This document shows positions 27,685-36,649 of a stretch of 64,000 nucleotides of DNA, in pieces. The DNA lies in NCBI GenBank assembly GCA_040380225.1, contig JBEIJN010000014.1, positions 1,995 to 65,994 of the forward strand. Reading direction: 5' to 3'. The notes beneath the pieces were generated by a model that saw only the letters and a list, made by a program, of their open reading frames with translations, made no database searches and was not told the DNA's origin. The stretch comes from Verrucomicrobiia bacterium. GTDB lineage: Bacteria; Verrucomicrobiota; Verrucomicrobiia; Chthoniobacterales; UBA6821. Each line of letters starts with the position of its first letter. Within the stretch, counting starts at the first letter, position 1. The position numbers were made by a program, and so were the translations under genes.

Positions 27685-29727
27685 GTGATGACTGTTTTCA
27701 AAGCATCTTCCTCCCTTCTCTCCAAGTGTGCGTGGGCTCTTGTCTCCCTCCTTCTGCTTCTCTCCATTGCCATCATCTCCTTCGTCCGGGGTGAACCGGT
27801 CAATGCCCTCTGGCTCGTGGTGGCGGGGGTCTGCACCTTTGCCCTCGCCTACCGATTCCATGCCGCATGGTTGCTGGCCGATGTCCTGACGCTGGATCAG
27901 GAGAGGCAGACGGCAGCCTCCCGCCACGCCGACGGGAAGGACTTCGTCCCCACGAACCGCTGGGTCGTCTTCGGACATCACTTTGCCGCCATTGCCGGAC
28001 CCGGACCCTTGGTCGGCCCCGTGCTTGCCGCCCAGTTCGGCTATCTTCCGGGGACCCTCTGGATGCTGATCGGCGCGACCCTCGGGGGAGCCGTCCACGA
28101 CTGCATCATCCTTTTCTGCTCGTCACGACGGAAAGGAAAGAGCCTCGGGCAGATGGTCTCCGAGGAGGTCGGCCCGTTTGCCGGGCTGGTCACGCTGATT
28201 GGGGTCGTCTCCATCATGGTGATCCTCCTAGCGGTGCTGGGCCTTGTCGTGGTCAAGGCTCTGGCCGAAAGCCCCTGGGGCCTCTTCACGATCGTGGCCT
28301 CCATGCCGATCGCCCTCTGCATGGGAGTGGCCATGCGCTCGGGAAAGATTCATCTCGGACTCATCAGCACGCTCGGAGTGGCGGCACTTCTCCTTTCCGT
28401 AGTAGCTGGCCAATGGATCAAGGGATCCCCGCTCGAGCCGTGGTTCACTCTCGACGGACGGACGCTCGCGCTCGGCATCATGATTTACGGGTTGCTCGCC
28501 TCCGTCCTCCCGGTCTGGCTCCTACTCGCCCCCCGCGACTACCTGAGCACCTTCCTCAAGATCGGAGTCGTTGCCCTGCTCGGCATCACCATCGTCGCCC
28601 TCGCCCCGAAACTCCAGATGCCCGCACTGACCAGATTTATTGATGGCACCGGCCCCGTCTTCGCGGGCAAGGTCTTCCCATTTGCCTTCATCACGATAGC
28701 CTGTGCGGCCGTCTCGGGCTTCCACTCCCTGATCGCCTCGGGCACCACGCCGAAGCTCCTTGCCAATGAAAAGGACATCCGGATCATCGGCTACGGGGCC
28801 ATGATCACCGAGATGCTGGTCGGCCTGCTGGCGCTGGTTGCGGCCTGCTCGATGGTCCCCGGGGAATACTTCGCGATCAACATGAAGGGAGAGCCCGCCC
28901 AGGTCGTCGCCTCCATCACCGCTCAGGGATTCCCGGTCACCATGGCGCAGATGGATGCCCTTGCGACAAGCGTCGGGGAAAGGAGTATGTTCGGCCGCAC
29001 CGGAGGGGCCCCGACCTTCGCCGTTGGGATGGCCCAGATGTTCGCCGGTGTGTTCAACAGCCCCGCCGCCACCTCCCTCTGGTACCACTTTGCCATCATG
29101 TTCGAGGCCCTCTTCATCCTCACCACGATCGATGCCGGCACCCGGGTCGGCCGCTTTCTGGTACAGGACCTCGCTGGCCTCTTCTGGAAGCCGCTCGCGC
29201 GCACTGACTCCGCTCTTGCGGGGTGGAGCGCCAGCATCCTCTTTGTGGGCGCCTGGGGCTACTTCCTCTATCAGGGAGTCATCGACCCGCTCGGGGGGAT
29301 CAATTCTCTCTGGCCGATCTTCGGTGTGTCCAACCAGCTCCTGGCAGTGATCGCACTGAGCCTCGGCACCACCATCCTCCTCAAGATGCGAAAGGAACGC
29401 TACCTCTGGGTCACCATCCTGCCCCTCTCATGGCTTCTCGCCGTCACGCTGACGGCTGGATGGCAGAAGATCTTTGCCACCGACATCCGCCTCGGATTCC
29501 TGAGCGCGGGAAAGCACTTCGAGAAACTCGTTGCGGCGGGAGGTTCCGCCAGGGATCTCGCAGGCTGGCAGCACCAGATCTTCAACAATTACCTCAACGC
29601 CTCCGTCACCGCCCTGTTCCTTATCCTGGTCATCCTGATCGTCGCCTCCTGCGCCCGTGTCTGGATCCGGCTATTGGCCGGACGACATGAAGAGCATCCG
29701 CTGAGGGAAGAGCCAAGCGTGGCCTGA
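27685..29727 (+). CDS. cstA: Carbon starvation protein A (CstA family peptide/pyruvate transporter)
   Basis: 680 aa, about 18 TM. FGHHFAAIAGPGPLVGPVLAAQFGYLPG, SGFHSLIASGTTPK, LWPIFGVSNQLLA. Confidence 0.85.
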   Translation: MMTVFKASSSLLSKCAWALVSLLLLLSIAIISFVRGEPVNALWLVVAGVCTFALAYRFHAAWLLADVLTLDQERQTAASRHADGKDFVPTNRWVVFGHHFAAIAGPGPLVGPVLAAQFGYLPGTLWMLIGATLGGAVHDCIILFCSSRRKGKSLGQMVSEEVGPFAGLVTLIGVVSIMVILLAVLGLVVVKALAESPWGLFTIVASMPIALCMGVAMRSGKIHLGLISTLGVAALLLSVVAGQWIKGSPLEPWFTLDGRTLALGIMIYGLLASVLPVWLLLAPRDYLSTFLKIGVVALLGITIVALAPKLQMPALTRFIDGTGPVFAGKVFPFAFITIACAAVSGFHSLIASGTTPKLLANEKDIRIIGYGAMITEMLVGLLALVAACSMVPGEYFAINMKGEPAQVVASITAQGFPVTMAQMDALATSVGERSMFGRTGGAPTFAVGMAQMFAGVFNSPAATSLWYHFAIMFEALFILTTIDAGTRVGRFLVQDLAGLFWKPLARTDSALAGWSASILFVGAWGYFLYQGVIDPLGGINSLWPIFGVSNQLLAVIALSLGTTILLKMRKERYLWVTILPLSWLLAVTLTAGWQKIFATDIRLGFLSAGKHFEKLVAAGGSARDLAGWQHQIFNNYLNASVTALFLILVILIVASCARVWIRLLAGRHEEHPLREEPSVA

Positions 29728-29865
29728 AGGCCGCCAATAGGGGTTTAGACTGAAGGCTATTAGACTTGTTAGGTCTGATCAGAAGAATATCCGCAGACCT
29801 AGAGCATCATCTAGTTAATCTGTCGTTCCTTGGGCGATCATCTTGACCGTCGATAATTAAAAGGA

Positions 29866-30063
29866 CTCGCGCAGAGACGCAGAGGCGCGGAGTAAAAGAC
29901 AAAGGATTGGGTCCGGAGAAGGTTGTCAGCGTTACTCCTATCGAATCGGAGAATCACTTGGCCGATTCATAATGGGGTCTGACGACTACTTTCAAGGGAG
30001 ATGTTTCTAAAGACGCATTGCCATTGGTCATAAAAACTCTGCGCCTCTGCGTCTCTGCGCGAG
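29866..30063. repeat. 198-bp unit bounded by 27-bp GCGCAGAG-family inverted repeats (MITE-like)
   Basis: CTCGCGCAGAGACGCAGAGGCGCGGAG (29866-29892) against the reverse complement of CTCTGCGCCTCTGCGTCTCTGCGCGAG (30037-30063): 26/27 match. Confidence 0.6.
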
Positions 30064-30156
30064 ATTTCTTGCCTTGTAAATGCATCCAATAAAACCGCAA
30101 CCACACTAAAAGGAAGCACCGGGGCACGACTCATTAATCCTGGGCTCATTTTTTCC

Positions 30157-30183
30157 CTCCGCGCCTCTGCGCCTCTGCGCGAG
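30157..30183. repeat. Third GCGCAGAG-family copy
   Basis: CTCCGCGCCTCTGCGCCTCTGCGCGAG, same orientation as 30037-30063. Confidence 0.6.
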
Positions 30184-30233
30184 AAGTTGATCCGCTCTCC
30201 ATCCGCCGATATCTCAAGCCTCCCCTGGAAACG

Positions 30234-30262
30234 AAAAAGCCCCGGATTGCTCCGGGGCTTTT
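30234..30262 (-). terminator. Rho-independent terminator of rpoA-rplQ
   Basis: Minus strand reads AAAAGCCCCGG-AGCAAT-CCGGGGCTTTT followed by TCGTTT. GC-rich stem plus U-run, 22 nt after the rplQ stop. Confidence 0.75.
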
Positions 30263-30283
30263 CGTTGATTGGTTGGAGATGGG

Positions 30284-30784
30284 TTATTCGCCCTTCTCTT
30301 CCTTGGACTTGGAGGCCTTCTTCTTGGGCTTCTCCTCGCCTTCAGCCTTGGGGGCCTTGGGTTCCTTGGGTTCCTTCTTCGCCTTGGCAGGCTTTTCGGC
30401 GGCAGGCTCCTCCTTCTTGACCTCGGGGGCGTAATCGACCCACTCGAGGTAAGCCATCGGGGCGCTGTCGCTGAGACGGGCTCCGAGCTTGGTGATGCGG
30501 GTGTAGCCTCCCTTGCGGTCGGCGGCGGCCGGAGCGATCTCGGTGAAGAGGGTCTTCACGATGTCCTTGTGCTTGAGGTAGGAGATCGCGACGCGGCGTG
30601 CGTGGAGATCCCCCTTCTTGCCCAGGGTGAGCATGCGCTCGGCCAGCGGCTTGACGGCCTTGGCCTTGGCGAGGGTGGTCTTGATGCGGCGGTGCTCGAT
30701 GAGACTGCAGACCTGGTTCGCGAGGAGCGAATCCCGGTGTGCCTGGCTGCGGCCGAGCTTGACGGTTTTCTTACGGTGACGCAT
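30284..30784 (-). CDS. rplQ: 50S ribosomal protein L17 with a lysine-rich C-terminal tail
   Basis: MRHRKKTVKLGRSQAHRDSLLANQVCSLIEHRRIKTTLAKAK..., GGYTRI. About 45 extra residues follow: KKEEPAAEKPAKAKKEPKEPKAPKAEGEEKPKKKASKSKEEKGE. Confidence 0.9.
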   Translation of the reverse strand: MRHRKKTVKLGRSQAHRDSLLANQVCSLIEHRRIKTTLAKAKAVKPLAERMLTLGKKGDLHARRVAISYLKHKDIVKTLFTEIAPAAADRKGGYTRITKLGARLSDSAPMAYLEWVDYAPEVKKEEPAAEKPAKAKKEPKEPKAPKAEGEEKPKKKASKSKEEKGE

Positions 30785-30809
30785 GGCGTGTCGTTCTTTC
30801 TATGGGTGC

Positions 30810-31814
30810 TTATTCGGCGGCGGTCGTGGAATCGACGAGGCCGGACTCGAACTTCATGCCGAGGCCGAGGCCGAGCTGGACGAGCTTGTCCTTGATCTCG
30901 TTCAGCGACTTCTTGCCGAAGTTGCGGTACTTGAGCATCTCGGCCTCGCTCTTGAGGGCGAGCTGTCCGACGGTGGTGATGTTGGCGTTGTTGAGGCAGT
31001 TCGCGGCGCGGACGGAGAGTTCGATCTCGTTGACGCTCATGGCGAGCAGCTTCTTGAGGCGGCTGTTCTCCTGGCTGACCTCGACGGGGGTCTCATCGAA
31101 CTCGACCTGGGTGTCGTCGAAGTTGACGAACACGTCGAGGTGGTGACGAAGGATCGCGGCGGACTGGAGGAGGGCCTCGTCGGGGGTGAGGCGGCCGTCG
31201 GTCCAGATGTCGAGGATGAGTTTGTCGTAGTCGGTACGCTGGCCGACGCGGGTCTGCTCGACGGCGTACTTGACCTTGGTGACGGGCGAGAAGATGGAGT
31301 CGATGGCGATGACGCCGATCGGCTTGTCAGCGGCCTTGTTCTCGTCGCCGGTGGCGAATCCGCGGCCGACCTTGACCTCGAACTCCGCGTCGAACTTCAT
31401 CTTCTTGTCGAGCGTGCAGATGTGCTGGTCGGGGTTGAGGACCTCGCACTGTGCGGTCGACTGGATGTCGCCGGCGGTGACGGCTCCCTGCTTGTTGACC
31501 GAGAGGGTCAGGTTGCGGGGCTCGTGGTCGTGGGCCTTGAACTTGACCTGCTTGAGGTTGAGGATGATCTCGACGACATCCTCGACGACGCCGGGGATGC
31601 TGGTGAACTCGTGGGGAGCCCCCTCGATCCTGACCGAGGTGATGGCTGCTCCCTCAAGCGAGGAGAGAAGGGTGCGGCGGAGCGAGTTGCCGATGGTGTG
31701 GCCGTAGCCGGCCTCGAAGGGCTCGGCGACAAACTGCGCGTAGGTTTCAGTGGCGGTTTTCTCGTTCTTGACGAGGGTCTTCGGCATTTCGAAGCGACCG
31801 AGGCGGATAGGCAT
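30810..31814 (-). CDS. rpoA: DNA-directed RNA polymerase subunit alpha
   Basis: 334 aa. GYGHTIGNSLRRTLLSSLEGAAITSVRIEG, C-terminal domain ELSVRAANCLNNANITTVGQL. Confidence 0.95.
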   Translation of the reverse strand: MPIRLGRFEMPKTLVKNEKTATETYAQFVAEPFEAGYGHTIGNSLRRTLLSSLEGAAITSVRIEGAPHEFTSIPGVVEDVVEIILNLKQVKFKAHDHEPRNLTLSVNKQGAVTAGDIQSTAQCEVLNPDQHICTLDKKMKFDAEFEVKVGRGFATGDENKAADKPIGVIAIDSIFSPVTKVKYAVEQTRVGQRTDYDKLILDIWTDGRLTPDEALLQSAAILRHHLDVFVNFDDTQVEFDETPVEVSQENSRLKKLLAMSVNEIELSVRAANCLNNANITTVGQLALKSEAEMLKYRNFGKKSLNEIKDKLVQLGLGLGMKFESGLVDSTTAAE

Positions 31815-31860
31815 GGTGTCTGATGGTTCTCGTTGCCGGGTTTCCCTTGGCGCTTTCCGA

Positions 31861-31880
31861 TGATCTGCAAGTGCAGATCA
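31861..31880 (-). promoter_or_regulatory. Perfect 8-bp hairpin / near-palindrome in the rpoA leader
   Basis: TGATCTGC-AAGT-GCAGATCA, 47-66 nt upstream of the rpoA ATG. Confidence 0.3.
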
Positions 31881-32094
31881 CCCAAGGACCGACGGCAAAT
31901 GTTTGATGCGCGGTTAGGTAGAATAGCCCGACAAGGCCGGCCTGCAAGGATGAATTATCCTGAAATTTGCATTAGAAGGTGGTGAGCATAGAATTTTATC
32001 AGTAAATCAGCCGTAACGGATGCGAAGCAACGGCCGGGCTAGCAAAAACAGGAATGGAGGGAACTTGGCAGGCGGGTCGGGATCGAATACCGAA

Positions 32095-32201
32095 GGAACC
32101 ACGAAACACAGAAAAACACGAAATGAAGGAAATAATTGGACTCCATTTTCCCTTCTCTCACCCCTCGGCATTTCGTGACTTTCGCGTTTTTCGTGGTTCT
32201 C
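32095..32201. repeat. CACGAAA-family imperfect inverted repeat
   Basis: GGAACCACGAAACACAGAAAAACACGAAATGAAGG (32095-32129) against the reverse complement of GGCATTTCGTGACTTTCGCGTTTTTCGTGGTTCTC (32167-32201). Confidence 0.5.
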
Positions 32202-32339
32202 TCTCAATTGCTTCGTCTTCACCATCTTGGTGAACACACCAGACCTGTTGTCAGGGTTCCATTGCAAAATCTGGGATTATCCCAAAATCTACATTAGCGG
32301 CGGGATGTCCGAAGCCAAAAGACGTTAAAAAGGCCTGTA

Positions 32340-32747
32340 TCAGGCCACCGATAACTTATAGCCGACGACATCAAGAGCCGGTATCGCGTCGAAGTGTTTG
32401 GGATTTCTGGTGATCACTGGCCTTTTTCGTGCGCTGGCAGCAGCGGCAATCCACAAATCAGGGTAGTCGGGAGCCTTGCCTCTTCGAGCCATCTCCACCC
32501 ATAACTCGCAGTAGCGATCCATGGTCCCTTGATCCAGTGCGAGAAGCAAAAAACTACTGTAAAAAGAAGAGAGTGACGGTAACGAGACTCCCTTGTATAG
32601 GGCTCCTCTTGAGAACTCCGCCTGTGTGATCCAAGGGACAATCAAGGATGCCTCTCCCACCTTTTCGATCAAATCGGAAATCCGTGCCGGCTTGTCCCTG
32701 AATCTCCAGAGATCGATCAAGACCGTTGTGTCAGCGATCAACTCCAT
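32340..32747 (-). CDS. vapC: PIN-domain toxin VapC
   Basis: 135 aa. MELIADTTVLIDLWR, ITQAEF, ITRNPKHFDAI. Overlaps the antitoxin by 10 nt. Confidence 0.8.
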   Translation of the reverse strand: MELIADTTVLIDLWRFRDKPARISDLIEKVGEASLIVPWITQAEFSRGALYKGVSLPSLSSFYSSFLLLALDQGTMDRYCELWVEMARRGKAPDYPDLWIAAAASARKRPVITRNPKHFDAIPALDVVGYKLSVA

Positions 32748-32962
32748 ACAGGAGGAAGCTGCTTGCGCGTCGCGTTGACTGATTGCTCCAGTTCCTGAAA
32801 GCCTGCCTCCGATAGTTTCGGCAGTGTCCTGGAGGCCTTGAGCGCCGCCTGGAGAGTACCCTTGGGGGGGATCAATTTCTCGATCACTTCGGAAAAGGTG
32901 TCCCCTTCCTTCCAGGAAAGCAGCCTCTGATATGCGGATTCAGAGAGGGAAATCGTTTTCAT
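32738..32962 (-). CDS. vapB: VapB-type antitoxin (short alpha-helical, DUF217-like)
   Basis: Start trimmed to MKTISLSESAYQRLLSWKEGDTFSEVIEKLI. Overlaps the vapC start. Confidence 0.6.
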   Translation of the reverse strand: MKTISLSESAYQRLLSWKEGDTFSEVIEKLIPPKGTLQAALKASRTLPKLSEAGFQELEQSVNATRKQLPPVWS

Positions 32963-33056
32963 ACACAGGACACATGACACATGACACAGAACACGAATCA
33001 TGTCAAACAGAGGTCAAGTTCTCAGTTCCCAGTGGGAACCTTACCGCCACACCCCC

Positions 33057-34976
33057 TTACCCCTCGAACATCTTATCCATCTTGCCAGCATACTTCTCTG
33101 CGATGACGTGACGCTTCAACTTGAAGGTCATGGTCAGTTCATCGCCGACCTCGAAGGGCTTCTCCAGAAGATCAACCGCGGCGATCCGCTCAAAGGGCTT
33201 GAAGCCCGTCTCGCCGGAGACCAGACGACGGATCTCTTTCTGGATCTTTTCGCGGACCTCGGGGCGCGAGGCCAAGGAGGCGGAATCCGCCGCCTCGATC
33301 CCGGCGGTCGCAAATCCACCAACCGACGGAACCACCAGGACGCCGAGATGCTTCTGATCCTGTCCGACGACCATGCACTGGTCGATGAGCGGTGACTCGA
33401 GCAGCTTCGACTCGATCGGGAGGGGCTCCACATTCTCCCCTCCCAGCAGGACGATGGTCTCCTTGCAGCGGCCGACGATCTTGATGCAGTCATTGAAGGT
33501 CACCAGACCCAGATCGCCGGTCGAGAGCCATCCGTCACGTAGCACCTTTGCCGTCTTTTCAGGATCCTTGTGGTATCCCGACATCATCTGGGGCCCTTTG
33601 GCATGGATCTCTCCGCGCCGTCCACGACCGAGATCTCGACGGGTGGTGTCCGGATAGAGGATGGCACCGGTGACGGGGTCGACGATGCGGATTTCCGTTC
33701 CGGGAAAAGCCGGGCCGACCGTTCCGATGACCAGGCGACCCCATGTCCTGACGGCCAGCACGGTGCCCGACTCCGTGAGTCCGTATCCCTCGAGAACGGG
33801 AAAGCCGATGTCATTGAAGAACTCGTCAACATGGGGTGGCAGCGCCCCTCCCCCCGAGATCGTTCCTCGGAAGCATCCTCCCACGATGGCGCGGAGTTTC
33901 TTCAGCACGATCGCGTCGAGCAGGAGGAACGGGAGGATGAAGACGAGCCATGCCGCCGCATGAAAGGCCCCGAGCACGAGCGAGACCGGGAATGAGCGCC
34001 CCATGAGATCAACCTTCCTTCCGCTCAGGAAATCCTCCGCCCTGCGGACGGCATGCGATGAGATCCGGGCCGCGTGAAAGAGCGACCGACGGATCAGGGG
34101 CGCCTTCTCCACCGTGGAGAGGATCCTGCGGTGCAGCCCCTCCCAGAGCCGGGGCGCCGAGGCCATGATCGTGGGCCGCGCCGACTTGAGATCCTCCCCC
34201 AAGTGCCGCAGCGTCGTGTAGTAGGTGTGCAAGCCGCTCGAGATGGAAAGCATCTCGAAGACCCTCTCGTAGATATGCCAGACGGGAAGGATCGAGAGGG
34301 CCCTGTCCTCCGGCCCGAGGGCAAAGGGGAGATTCCTCACCTGCGAGATGATGGAGCCGTGCGAAAGCCGCACCCCTTTGGGTACACCCGTGGTGCCCGA
34401 AGTGTAGATGATCGTGTAGAGATCCTCGGAACTCACCCCGGCGATCCGTTCCTCAGCCCGGAGATCGCCCCCCACCCGCAATCGCTCGCCGGCTATTTCC
34501 AGATCGCGGAGTCGGTGGACATTTCTGGCGGAGGCAATATCCGCATCACCGGCCATGATGATGAGATGGCGTAGACCCGGCAGGCGGTCGCGTACCGACT
34601 CCACCTTGGCCAGCACGGCCTCATTCTCGACGAAAGCCACGCCGACGTCGGCATGCCCCAGGATGTAGGCGATCTCTTCGGCCGTGACATCGGCGGCGCG
34701 CGGCACATCGGCGGCACCGCAGAACTGCACGGCGGCATCCGCCAGAATCCACTCGAAGCAGTTGTCGGAGAGGATCGCGACATGATCGCGCGCACCGACG
34801 CCGAGTTCGATCAATGCTGTGGCAAGTGCCAGCGAGCGGTCACACCACGCGCGGTAAGAGACCGAATAAAAAGTCCCGTCAGGACGACGGGAAGAGAATG
34901 CGGGGAGATCCCCCCACCGCTCCCCCGCTTCCCGGATGAGGGAAGCGAGGTTCGGTGAATCAATGCGGTCTGACAT
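33057..34976 (-). CDS. fadD: Long-chain acyl-CoA ligase (AMP-binding enzyme)
   Basis: 639 aa. AMP motif IIYTSGTTGVPKGV, YGLTES, WLSTGDLG, and an internal hydrophobic insertion typical of the long FadD/FAA type. Confidence 0.8.
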   Translation of the reverse strand: MSDRIDSPNLASLIREAGERWGDLPAFSSRRPDGTFYSVSYRAWCDRSLALATALIELGVGARDHVAILSDNCFEWILADAAVQFCGAADVPRAADVTAEEIAYILGHADVGVAFVENEAVLAKVESVRDRLPGLRHLIIMAGDADIASARNVHRLRDLEIAGERLRVGGDLRAEERIAGVSSEDLYTIIYTSGTTGVPKGVRLSHGSIISQVRNLPFALGPEDRALSILPVWHIYERVFEMLSISSGLHTYYTTLRHLGEDLKSARPTIMASAPRLWEGLHRRILSTVEKAPLIRRSLFHAARISSHAVRRAEDFLSGRKVDLMGRSFPVSLVLGAFHAAAWLVFILPFLLLDAIVLKKLRAIVGGCFRGTISGGGALPPHVDEFFNDIGFPVLEGYGLTESGTVLAVRTWGRLVIGTVGPAFPGTEIRIVDPVTGAILYPDTTRRDLGRGRRGEIHAKGPQMMSGYHKDPEKTAKVLRDGWLSTGDLGLVTFNDCIKIVGRCKETIVLLGGENVEPLPIESKLLESPLIDQCMVVGQDQKHLGVLVVPSVGGFATAGIEAADSASLASRPEVREKIQKEIRRLVSGETGFKPFERIAAVDLLEKPFEVGDELTMTFKLKRHVIAEKYAGKMDKMFEG

Positions 34977-34997
34977 TCAGGAACCGCTGTACGGGAT

Positions 34998-35534
34998 TTA
35001 GAATGCGGCCGTCTCGGAGGGGAAGGACGCGGCGGGAGCCACGGCCTCGGGAAGGATTCCCACGGGTGCGCTGAGGCTCTCGGCAACATAGATTCCTTCG
35101 CCTGCCTTCCTCACGCCGGCGAGCTTGCCGATGCGGACGTAAAGCGTCTGAGTAGGGCTCTTGGCGGTCCAGACATATCCGTCCTGCTCGAGACCGATGA
35201 GGATTTCCTTCACCTTCATGGGGCGATTGTAGCGCTGAAGCACCTTCACGACGGCAGGAGCCAGAGGGCCGGAGGGCGATGCGGGACGCGGACGGCCTGC
35301 AAGCTTGGATGTGCGGGGCTCACCGTCGACGGCAACCTTGCGGCCGGAACCGGGAGGACGGCCACGGCGGCGGGGAGTGCTGGCCAACTGGGTCAGGTGA
35401 CTGGTCATGGTGACGGTGGCGGGAGGCAGTTCGAGCGTGGCGCCGAGGAGCTCGTGGAGCTTCTGCTGAAGGCGCTCGATCTTGACGGCGATCTTCATCG
35501 CTTTCTTAAGGGTCAGGGAATCAGGGATGGTCAT
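34998..35534 (-). CDS. Hypothetical DNA-binding protein (AT-hook-like motif plus winged-helix/HARE-HTH-like C-terminus)
   Basis: 178 aa. N-terminal coiled segment, RRGRPPGSGRK, C-terminal VLQRYNRPMKVKEILIGLEQDGYVWTAKSPTQTLYVRIGKL. Confidence 0.4.
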   Translation of the reverse strand: MTIPDSLTLKKAMKIAVKIERLQQKLHELLGATLELPPATVTMTSHLTQLASTPRRRGRPPGSGRKVAVDGEPRTSKLAGRPRPASPSGPLAPAVVKVLQRYNRPMKVKEILIGLEQDGYVWTAKSPTQTLYVRIGKLAGVRKAGEGIYVAESLSAPVGILPEAVAPAASFPSETAAF

Positions 35535-35544
35535 GGTATTGGGT

Positions 35545-35620
35545 GGTTAGGTTCTAGGTTTTTAGACTCTAGGAGTATAGGTGCTAGGTGATTGGTGATG
35601 GGAACTAGGTGATGGGTGAT
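35545..35620. repeat. Short-word tandem array (CTAGGTG / GGTGATG words) downstream of infA
   Basis: GGTTAGGTTCTAGGTTTTTAGACTCTAGGAGTATAGGTGCTAGGTGATTGGTGATGGGAACTAGGTGATGGGTGAT. C-rich and G-poor in infA mRNA sense. Confidence 0.5.
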
Positions 35621-35621
35621 C

Positions 35622-35840
35622 TTATGCGGTACGGAAGGTGATGCGGGCCTTGGTCAGGTCGTAAGGGGACATTTCGACAGTCACCTTGTCACCCGGCACA
35701 ATGCGGATGAAATGCTTGCGCATTTTCCCTGAAATATGGGCCAACACCACGTGGCCGTTGCCGAGTTCGACACGAAACATCGTGCCTGGGAGAACCTCGA
35801 CGACAACGCCTTCGGTGGTAATTGCTTCTTCTTTTGCCAT
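35622..35840 (-). CDS. infA: Translation initiation factor IF-1
   Basis: [70 protein letters not shown]. Confidence 0.95.
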   Translation of the reverse strand: MAKEEAITTEGVVVEVLPGTMFRVELGNGHVVLAHISGKMRKHFIRIVPGDKVTVEMSPYDLTKARITFRTA

Positions 35841-35917
35841 AAAGGTTAAAGTTAGTAGGGAAAATATCTCTGTATGTCGAGGAAAATGTTATTTTGGAGG
35901 GTTAAAAAGATGAAAAA

Positions 35918-36065
35918 GTTAAAAGGTTAAAAGAGGTTCAACCCACCCCCGCAGAACTCTCGCACCGAAAGCCGCTGCACTTTCGGAAAAGTGGTAGCCG
36001 TCGTGAATACCTCTTCGGCCCACATTGTAACGATTCAACGTTATAACTCTTTTAACCTTTTTAAC
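35918..36065. repeat. 18/19-bp inverted repeat GTTAAAAGGTTAAAAGAG flanking the infA/exonuclease divergent region
   Basis: GTTAAAAGGTTAAAAGAG (35918-35935) against the reverse complement of CTCTTTTAACCTTTTTAAC (36047-36065); one indel. Extra GTTAAAAAG word at 35901. Confidence 0.5.
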
Positions 36066-36097
36066 TTTTTATCCGGATGCGATAGCATCCGTGCTTC

Positions 36098-36649
36098 ATG
36101 TCCGCCCCAAAGAACATCGTCTATTTTGATCTGGAGACTCAGCGCACCGCCAATGACGTCGGCGGTTGGGACAAGAAAGCGGACATGGGAGTCTCCGTGG
36201 GGGTCACCTACAGCACGGGGACGCAGAGCTACGAGATCTTCACCGAGAAGCGGGTCGGCGATCTGATCGACCTGCTCGGGCGCGCCGATCTGGTGGTGGG
36301 CTACAACAACCGTCGCTTCGATTACGAGGTCCTCATGGGCTACACGATTCTCGACCTGCCCCACCATCTCCCCACGCTCGATCTTCTCGAAGTCGTCGAG
36401 AAGGCTGCGGGTCACAGGCTGCCGCTCGACTCCATCGCCACGGCCACACTCGGCGTCGGCAAGACGGCCGAGGGGCTTGATGCGATCCGCTGGTGGCGAG
36501 AGGGTAAGATGATGGAGATCGCGGAGTACTGCTGCTTCGACGTGAAGGTGACCAAGCTCGTGCACGAGTACGCCGTGCAGCACGGACAGCTCCACTACAT
36601 CGACCGCTTCTCCAGGAAGCAGACCCTGACGATCGAACTGCCATCATGA
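36098..36649 (+). CDS. RNase H-fold DEDD-type 3'-5' exonuclease-like protein
   Basis: 183 aa. ExoI VYFDLET, ExoII VVGYNNRRFDYEVL, ExoIII YCCFDVKVT. Confidence 0.6.
   Translation: MSAPKNIVYFDLETQRTANDVGGWDKKADMGVSVGVTYSTGTQSYEIFTEKRVGDLIDLLGRADLVVGYNNRRFDYEVLMGYTILDLPHHLPTLDLLEVVEKAAGHRLPLDSIATATLGVGKTAEGLDAIRWWREGKMMEIAEYCCFDVKVTKLVHEYAVQHGQLHYIDRFSRKQTLTIELPS

Noticed and set aside
30783-31823. 346-aa plus-strand ORF covering rpoA. Similar shadows: 4844..5830 over mlaD/mlaF, 23901..24878 over hom, 11900..12601 over rfbB
   Set aside because: The opposite-strand genes are highly conserved families. The shadow translations are repetitive (GD/LV/EG-rich) and lack any motif.
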